Below, one piece after another: positions 8,089 to 13,175 of a DNA stretch of 13,175 nucleotides (position 1 is the stretch's first letter; every line of letters begins with the position of its first letter). A program made the position numbers and the translations under genes. Origin of the DNA: Pseudomonadota bacterium (lineage in GTDB: Bacteria; Bdellovibrionota_B; Oligoflexia; Silvanigrellales; Silvanigrellaceae); assembly GCA_041164285.1 (NCBI GenBank), contig JBEAPS010000259.1, positions 1 to 13,175 on the forward strand. Direction: 5' to 3'. Under the pieces are notes generated by a model. The model did no database searches and was not told where the DNA came from. It was given only the letters and a program-made list of their open reading frames with translations.

Positions 8089-9327
8089 TTAGTTTTGTTT
8101 CCGCAGAATCAACGGATATGACGCTGAATTAAAAGCCGAAATCCCCCAACCTGTAAGTAGACAGCGAGAATCGGAACCTCGTTCGGCGCTCAATCGCCAA
8201 GCAAGGGGAATATTTGCTTGCATATTAACAAACGTAAGTCGACCCGTACTCGCATTGTATTTTCCAAAAGCAAAAGGAAGACGAAACTCTCCTGAGGGTG
8301 TTGAAAACACTCCTGCGTATTGCTCAGTGCCGATTTTTTCGAGACTAAAAGTTCCTGAATGACCCGCAAGTGTCACGTAGTATTGACCCAAGAGTTCTGA
8401 TTCTGCACATGGCTCGTTGGAAAATGATCGAATACTGACAATGCGTCTCGCTTCAAATCGAGTTTTTTTGAGCGCGATGGGCTCCAAAACGGTTCCAGAG
8501 ACCATTTCAAAATTTTCGTCGAAATTCAACTCAATTACGGATGGAACCTGCGAGGCAAATGACTGACGACTTATAAGGCTTTGAGGCTGTCCCTGGAATG
8601 AGACATTCTTGAAGACCATAGGCGGAATAGTAGGGTGAGTGAGAGCCGCGACAATCCCTAAATCCCCGCCACTTGAAAATAGAATTAACTTTAGTTTGTC
8701 AATCTCTTCTTGCAATGGACCATCAATTACTGTGAGCTGAAAAGCTCCCTCCCAGCCATTAAAAACTTCCAAGAGCTGCGTAGAGAGGGAACTCGCTAAA
8801 CTCAAAGCATGACGTGAAATATAGTCTGCATCGTCTAATCTTCGACTCGTTGCTTCTGCGTTCCCCGCAAAACAGACGAGATTCCGGATGATGTCTTCAC
8901 TCTTAAATTCACCTACCCTACGCAGAAAGAAATCGAGGGCTGCGTAACGTCGCGCATCGCTCGCTAACTCAGAATATGCGGCAGAGAGCCTTTGACAGTC
9001 GCGCCAGACCCACTGCACGAGAGCAAAGAGAATTTGATCTTTCAGTGCCTTGGCTTCGCGCAGAACGTAGTCTTCATCATTCAATCGTGCAATGAGTTCA
9101 ACGACTCCACCAGCGAAGAGTAACAAATTGTTCAGTTTGGCTTCTTCTTTCTCTTTGCCAAAGTCATTACGAAGTTTAGAAATGAATTGAAACCGATAAG
9201 CCTGCCCTTTTTCTTCAAGAACTTTGAGCTCAGAGCGCACGTCACAGATCGGTAACCCGCACCCCAATCCTACTTGAGTAAAATTAATACACACGAAAAG
9301 AGCAGACAACGTAAAAAATGGTCTCAT
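8089..9327 (-). CDS. Hypothetical secreted or periplasmic protein of unknown function (first gene of the glycan operon). The longest ORF extends to a TTG at 9459.
   Basis: The ORF track gives 8089..9459 with a TTG start. The first in-frame ATGs are at 9417 and 9327. The ATG at 9327 begins MRPFFTLSALFVCINFTQVGLGCGLPIC, a convincing signal peptide (positive n-region, hydrophobic core, Cys-containing region that could be a lipoprotein site). The mature protein has a helical N-half and a beta-rich C-half, with no motif I can assign to a known family. The start is uncertain within 9327/9417/9459. Confidence 0.55.
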   Translation of the reverse strand: MRPFFTLSALFVCINFTQVGLGCGLPICDVRSELKVLEEKGQAYRFQFISKLRNDFGKEKEEAKLNNLLLFAGGVVELIARLNDEDYVLREAKALKDQILFALVQWVWRDCQRLSAAYSELASDARRYAALDFFLRRVGEFKSEDIIRNLVCFAGNAEATSRRLDDADYISRHALSLASSLSTQLLEVFNGWEGAFQLTVIDGPLQEEIDKLKLILFSSGGDLGIVAALTHPTIPPMVFKNVSFQGQPQSLISRQSFASQVPSVIELNFDENFEMVSGTVLEPIALKKTRFEARRIVSIRSFSNEPCAESELLGQYYVTLAGHSGTFSLEKIGTEQYAGVFSTPSGEFRLPFAFGKYNASTGRLTFVNMQANIPLAWRLSAERGSDSRCLLTGWGISAFNSASYPLILRKQN

Positions 9328-9584
9328 CCACTTCAAGTCATTGTAATCGGACTCTCGTTTGCGTTTTTTAAAACTGAAAATCGTAACCACAGTCGCCCCT
9401 CCAAACTTAATCGACATTCTGGAGAGTCGTTCAAATCCAGCCTCGCTGTCTCGTCTCAATTATTGGATCTGAAAAATATTCACTTTGCCTGCTCGCAACT
9501 GACATAATTTTAAGTTTCGGAAATTTTCGCAGTCCTGTTTATTGAAAATCTTATCCACTCTCTTTGAACAAAATGAATTTCTCC

Positions 9585-10721
9585 TCACCTGCCTGAAGGT
9601 GAGCCACAGACCTGCGGAGCCGTAAAGCCGAGTTTAAGGAGATCAAAATAATTTTGTCCCAACGCTATCTGCCGGTAGGCCGTGTCATCTACACGAGAAA
9701 GCACCGCACTCGTAAGCTTTACTTCTTCACTGTAGACTTGTTCCGATTTGTCCTCAGATGCAACAAAATCGGTGCCCGTTATGAAGCGCTTAGGCCACTT
9801 GTTCATTAGCTCTACATACGGCCCCACGTAGCTTTCATTGGAGAACACTTGGTCATACAACACCCGCCAGGCAATATCGAATGTAAGATTGGAATATCTG
9901 TTCATCAGGTTTTCAAGGATGGCTACGTGTTTGGATTTATCAAACTCTTTGAGCTCTTTTGAAAGTCCCAAATGAAGCCAGATAATCTTATTATCGGGGT
10001 AGAGTTTAAGAACCTCTTCCATTTGGGGAAGGTACTTGAAAGGCTCATTGTCGTTCCCAATATCTGAGTGAAAAGCAACAGGGATATCGAGACGCTTAAG
10101 TTCGTTCATGAACGGTGCCCATTCCGCAATTTTTTGAAGACTGACAGCTGAGTGCTGATTTTTAAAGAGCGCCTGTTTAACGAGGTTCACCTCGCCCATC
10201 CATCGGAACATTCCCGGATATTCATTGTTGAGAAGGCCCATTTGTTCGAGAACACCGCCCGGCTGCGCCAAGTCAGGGAACGTCATCGACAGTGTGAGTT
10301 TCAGGTCGGCGGGAGCATTGTCGAGTAGACTTTGTGCATTGTAAAAGTCGTTCTTCAAACTAGGAAGAACCGGAGTGCCAGGGCAATCGAGATAGTAGGT
10401 ACACCTCGAGTCAACCGGAAGTCGCTGACCAATGCCATAGAGAGTTGCAAAAATCACCCCACTCCTGCGCATATAGTCGAGAAGTTTCGTGAACGGCACG
10501 GGTTTTCCACCAAATGGACGTGAATGGAGATGACTGTCGACCACAGCCACTGGTCCGTGCTTTTTCCTATCGAAGCACGCTGCATTTGCTTTAGAAAAAT
10601 CAGAAATTGTCAGCTCGTGAGGCTTTAGCTTCTGATAGAGAGAAGTTTTCTCGGAATTCAGCTTGCAGGACATCTGGAGAAAAAAAAGCACGAACATTGA
10701 ACTTTTAAGAATGTAACTCAC
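9585..10721 (-). CDS. Amidohydrolase_2-family (TIM-barrel metal-dependent hydrolase) protein with N-terminal signal peptide
   Basis: 378 aa. VAVVDSHLH is the canonical D-x-H-x-H metal-binding start of Amidohydrolase_2. Later conserved His and Asp residues occur in VAFHSDIG, WLHLGLS and FITGTDFVAS. The N-terminus MSYILKSSMFVLFFLQMSCKLNS has a hydrophobic signal-like segment ending in Cys. Start is GTG at 10721, and an alternative ATG at 10697 lacks an SD. Confidence 0.75.
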   Translation of the reverse strand: MSYILKSSMFVLFFLQMSCKLNSEKTSLYQKLKPHELTISDFSKANAACFDRKKHGPVAVVDSHLHSRPFGGKPVPFTKLLDYMRRSGVIFATLYGIGQRLPVDSRCTYYLDCPGTPVLPSLKNDFYNAQSLLDNAPADLKLTLSMTFPDLAQPGGVLEQMGLLNNEYPGMFRWMGEVNLVKQALFKNQHSAVSLQKIAEWAPFMNELKRLDIPVAFHSDIGNDNEPFKYLPQMEEVLKLYPDNKIIWLHLGLSKELKEFDKSKHVAILENLMNRYSNLTFDIAWRVLYDQVFSNESYVGPYVELMNKWPKRFITGTDFVASEDKSEQVYSEEVKLTSAVLSRVDDTAYRQIALGQNYFDLLKLGFTAPQVCGSPSGR

Positions 10722-10899
10722 TGTTTTCCATCGCCCTATGAATAAAAAGGTATTCTCAAAGTGATCCAGACCGTTCCGTGGATCAAATATATTTCGTTAA
10801 TGTGACCAAGCTCAATTGGAGCAGATTTTTGATAACTCACGCAAATATTTTAATCTGCGCATATCTGGACTTCATCTGTCAATTTCGCATTCATTGCGC

Positions 10900-10931
10900 T
10901 TGAAAAAAATTTCAAACGAAGATTTTATTCT
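10900..10931 (+). promoter_or_regulatory. Candidate sigma70-type promoter for the flotillin gene, overlapping a palindrome TTGAAA-AAAA-TTTCAA
   Basis: TTGAAA (10900-10905) is a near-consensus -35. A T/A-rich -10 candidate (TTTATT at 10924-10929, or TATTCT at 10926-10931) sits 18-20 nt downstream. It lies about 30 nt upstream of the ATG at 10960. The -35 is part of a perfect 6-bp inverted repeat with a 4-bp spacer (10900-10915) that could be an operator. Confidence 0.25.
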
Positions 10932-10959
10932 ATGTTCGACACTTCCATAGGAGCAATAC

Positions 10960-12270
10960 ATGCTGAATTTCGGAACATTTGAAATCTTCGTCGTGACAGT
11001 GATTGGTATAATAGTCCTTACTTCAATATTACTTCGGAGAGTTGTACCGACAAACGAAGTTCATATCGTTCAGTCAGCTAAACAAACAACTTCCTACGGT
11101 AAAGACACTCAAAATGGAAACTCCTATTATGAGTGGCCCTCGTGGATTCCTGTATTGGGAGTCACGACAGTTTCTCTTCCCATGTCTGTCTTCGACCTAG
11201 ATCTTGAATCATACGAGGCTTACGATAAGGGTCGTTTGCCGTTCGTAGTGGATGTTAAGGCATTTTTCCGAATTTCGGAGTCGAACGTCGCTGCGCAACG
11301 TGTCGCATCTTTTGAAGAACTCAAGGATCAGCTCAAAGCAATTGTTCAGGGCGCAGTCCGCGTTATTTTGGCCTCAAGCGACATAGAAGACATTCTTCAA
11401 GGGCGCTCAACATTTGGTGAGCAGTTCACACGTGAGGTGACAGAACAGCTCATGCACTGGGGTGTCTCTGCGGTGAAAAACATAGAGCTGATGGATATTC
11501 GCGACTCACAGGAAAGCAGAGTCATTCACAATATTATGGATAAGAAAAAGTCTCACATCGAGATGGAGTCGCGAACGGAAGTTGCAAAAAACAGAAAAAT
11601 TGCTGAGATAGCTGAAATCGAAGCAAAGCGAGAAGTTGATCTTCAAAATCAAGTTGCAACGCAGGCTGTTGGCCTTCGAACAGTAGAGGCACAGAGGGAA
11701 GTTGCACTCCAAACAGAAACGGCAGAGCAGGCGATTAAAGAGCAGCAAAAGCTCACAAAACAGAAGGAAATGGAAGTTCGAAAAGTCGAACTGGTCAAAG
11801 TTGCAGAAATAGAAAAAGAGACCCAAATCATCAAGGCAGAGCAGATTAAAGAGACTCTGATTCTTGAAGCTGATGGTGCACTAGAAGCTAAGCGAAAAGA
11901 GGCAGCAGGTATTCAAGCAGAGGGTATTGCAAAGGCTGAAGCGGAGAAAGCTCTTCAACTAGCACCTGTTCAAGCGCAGATTGAACTCGCTAAAGAGATT
12001 GGCGAAAACAAGAGTTACCAGGAATATCTTGTCACAATAAGACGGGTCGAAGCTGAAGAGACTGTGGGTGTGAAGCAAGCTGAAGCATTGATGCAGGCAA
12101 ACATCAAAGTTATCGCTAACTCTGGCGACATCAATCATGGCTTTAAGTCCATTTCTGACGTCTTGAGCTCAAAAGGTGGAACTGCAATTGGTGCGCTGCT
12201 TGAGGGTATCAACAACACTGAGGTGGGTGGCACACTTCTCAGTAACCTGACTAAACAGCCACAGGCCTAA
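10960..12270 (+). CDS. Flotillin-family SPFH/band-7 membrane protein (FloT/YqiK-like)
   Basis: 436 aa. N-terminal TM FEIFVVTVIGIIVLTSILL is followed by an SPFH-type core (VVPTNEVHIVQS...LPFVVDVKAFFRI). A long Glu/Ala/Gln/Lys-rich coiled coil with EA repeats follows (AEIAEIEAKREV...AEGIAKAEAEKALQLA), and then a Gly-rich C-terminal tail. SD GGAGCA lies 7 nt before ATG at 10960. Confidence 0.85.
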   Translation: MLNFGTFEIFVVTVIGIIVLTSILLRRVVPTNEVHIVQSAKQTTSYGKDTQNGNSYYEWPSWIPVLGVTTVSLPMSVFDLDLESYEAYDKGRLPFVVDVKAFFRISESNVAAQRVASFEELKDQLKAIVQGAVRVILASSDIEDILQGRSTFGEQFTREVTEQLMHWGVSAVKNIELMDIRDSQESRVIHNIMDKKKSHIEMESRTEVAKNRKIAEIAEIEAKREVDLQNQVATQAVGLRTVEAQREVALQTETAEQAIKEQQKLTKQKEMEVRKVELVKVAEIEKETQIIKAEQIKETLILEADGALEAKRKEAAGIQAEGIAKAEAEKALQLAPVQAQIELAKEIGENKSYQEYLVTIRRVEAEETVGVKQAEALMQANIKVIANSGDINHGFKSISDVLSSKGGTAIGALLEGINNTEVGGTLLSNLTKQPQA

Positions 12271-12273
12271 TTC

Positions 12274-12297
12274 CTCACTGGGAAAGCGAGGAGCGTT
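12274..12297. terminator. Weak imperfect hairpin in the 26-nt convergent junction between the flotillin and SDR genes
   Basis: TCCTCaCTGGGAAAGcGAGGA: 5-bp stem TCCTC/GAGGA plus 2 further pairs across an A/C mismatch. It has no flanking T-tract and overlaps the SDR stop codon. Only weakly terminator-like. Confidence 0.15.
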
Positions 12298-13001
12298 CAC
12301 CAGGGAAGTGTCGAGCCGTCATAATTTTTGAACGTTCCTGTGTCGGTAGGCTTGAGTTGGAAAATGACTCGAAGAAGTGAAGCAACGGACTCTTGCACAG
12401 TGAGAGGTGCTTGTTGGCCGCCCATGTCGGTCTGCACCCAGCCCGGATGCATGGCCACTGTAATCAACTCGGGCCGATCAATGGCAAAACTACGCACACA
12501 CATATTCAATGCAGCCTTACTCGCTCGGTAAGCGTAATAGCCACCACTCGCATTGTCAGCCAATGAGCCCATGAGGCTTGAGATATTGACAACTTTTCCA
12601 CCCGTCTCTGCAATTTGATCGCTCAGGGCAGAGATAAGTCGCAGCGGTCCGATAGCATTTACGTTAAATGACTTCATGAGGGCATCAGGATTGAAGTTTT
12701 GCCCAACACCGCCATCGTCTTCAAATAGACCGGCATTATTAATGAGCAGATCGAGTCTGTTCCCAGAGAGTGACTCTTTGAGTTTCAAGGCGAATGCACC
12801 AACAGAGTCTGTATCACTCACATCGAGCTTAAGAACATTAAGCCGACCTTCAGAATTTCGCATTAATTGATTGAGCTCAGTTGCTTTCTCGGGATTACGG
12901 ACACCCGCAACGACCATCAATTCGTTAGAATTGGCGAGCAGTTGTCTGCAAAACTCTAGCCCTAAGCCACGATTGGCCCCTGAAATACAAACATTGAGCA
13001 T
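12297..13001 (-). CDS. Short-chain dehydrogenase/reductase (classical SDR, C-factor/sniffer-like subgroup)
   Basis: 234 aa. N-terminal cofactor-binding ISGANRGLGLEF (TGxxxGxG variant), LLINNAGL (NNAG motif), NAIGP, catalytic S...YYAYRASKAALN (S-Y-x-x-x-K triad) and HPGWVQTDM. RBS GAGGTGAG lies 5-6 nt before ATG at 13001. Confidence 0.85.
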   Translation of the reverse strand: MLNVCISGANRGLGLEFCRQLLANSNELMVVAGVRNPEKATELNQLMRNSEGRLNVLKLDVSDTDSVGAFALKLKESLSGNRLDLLINNAGLFEDDGGVGQNFNPDALMKSFNVNAIGPLRLISALSDQIAETGGKVVNISSLMGSLADNASGGYYAYRASKAALNMCVRSFAIDRPELITVAMHPGWVQTDMGGQQAPLTVQESVASLLRVIFQLKPTDTGTFKNYDGSTLPW

Positions 13002-13026
13002 TTGCTCACCTCACAAGCTAGAATAA

Positions 13027-13065
13027 AGTGTAAAAGAAAAACTCTGCTTTTTAGAAAAGCAGAGT
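13027..13065 (-). terminator. Rho-independent terminator (minus-strand orientation) for the gene ending at 13098
   Basis: Perfect 12-bp inverted repeat AACTCTGCTTTT (13039-13050) / AAAAGCAGAGTT (13054-13065) with a 3-nt loop. On the minus strand the hairpin is followed immediately by TTTCTTTTACAC (complement of 13027-13038), which is a U-tract. There is no T-tract on the plus-strand side, so it is unidirectional. Confidence 0.55.
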
Positions 13066-13097
13066 TCATATTAGCCCATTTGATCGGCTCGGGCGAA

Positions 13098-13175
13098 TTA
13101 GAGCGCAATACCTAAAGTCACTCCAACATCAACACGCACGTCTTTGTTGAGATTGTTCATTTTTGAAATGATGTC
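13098..13175 (-). CDS. 3' end (last about 25 codons) of a minus-strand gene entering from the right edge; product unknown
   Basis: Only one minus-strand frame is open from 13175 to TAA at 13100..13098 (…DIISKMNNLNKDVRVDVGVTLGIAL*). Supported by a canonical rho-independent terminator 30-60 nt downstream. Too short to assign function. Confidence 0.3.
   Translation of the reverse strand, partial: DIISKMNNLNKDVRVDVGVTLGIAL

Noticed and set aside
9325-9459. Lipoprotein call for the operon-leading protein (Cys in VGLGCG) and for the amidohydrolase (LQMSC)
   Set aside because: Neither matches the [LVI][ASTVI][GAS]C lipobox cleanly at -3 to -1. I report them only as signal peptides, possibly lipoproteins.
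9274-9507. Plus-strand 77-aa ORF spanning the 5' end and leader of the operon-leading gene
   Set aside because: It is antisense to the signal-peptide-coding region, has no SD, and its product is compositionally odd. It is more likely non-coding leader or promoter DNA.
11506-11834. Minus-strand ORFs (106 aa and 61 aa) inside the flotillin gene, rich in F/L/C
   Set aside because: They are an antisense artefact of the GAA/GCA-rich coiled-coil coding region, giving a low-complexity product. The flotillin frame is strongly supported.
11560-12000. Recurring short nucleotide motifs (gaagttgc, gcagag, aaagag) suggesting a tandem DNA repeat
   Set aside because: The periodicity is irregular and reflects Glu/Ala/Gln/Lys coiled-coil codons. 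It is not a discrete repeat element or CRISPR-like array.
1-13175. Screen for CRISPR arrays, IS elements, integrase or att sites, and tRNA or rRNA genes
   Set aside because: There are no arrays of regularly spaced direct repeats and no terminal inverted repeats flanking a transposase-like ORF. There are no tRNA cloverleaf-like conserved boxes or rRNA-like segments. All long ORFs have metabolic, glycan or membrane-protein signatures.

Overview
This window is a single bacterial chromosomal segment with roughly mid-40s % GC by eye (not computed). I found no rRNA, tRNA, CRISPR array, IS or integrase signatures. Its core is a tightly packed operon on the minus strand, from about 9459 down to 1, that looks like an exopolysaccharide or surface-glycan biosynthesis and modification locus. 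In order of transcription the operon encodes: a hypothetical secreted protein; a membrane-embedded GT2 glycosyltransferase with synthase-like topology; a hexapeptide-repeat (LbH) acetyltransferase; a 937-aa fusion of a GT4 glycosyltransferase, one TM helix and a large extracytoplasmic glycoside-hydrolase-like domain; a 719-aa fusion of a GT2 glycosyltransferase with a multi-spanning MOP/Wzx-like flippase domain; a cytoplasmic CE4/NodB polysaccharide deacetylase; and the 5' end of an ATP-grasp-like gene that runs off the left edge. The ORF track missed that last gene. Gene junctions are short or overlapping, with two ATGA overlaps, consistent with translational coupling. Upstream on the same strand is an Amidohydrolase_2-family gene carrying a signal peptide. 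A divergent intergenic region follows, then a flotillin (SPFH/band-7) gene on the plus strand. An SDR oxidoreductase (C-factor/sniffer-like) lies convergent to it. A rho-independent terminator then closes a further minus-strand gene that enters from the right edge. The most unusual features are the two glycosyltransferase fusion proteins (GT2-flippase and GT4-TM-hydrolase). The cytoplasmic deacetylase next to an ATP-grasp ligase is a further notable pairing. No initiating phosphoglycosyltransferase, Wzy polymerase or Wza/Wzc export components are visible in the window. All functional calls rest on motif recognition from the translated ORFs, since no searches could be run.
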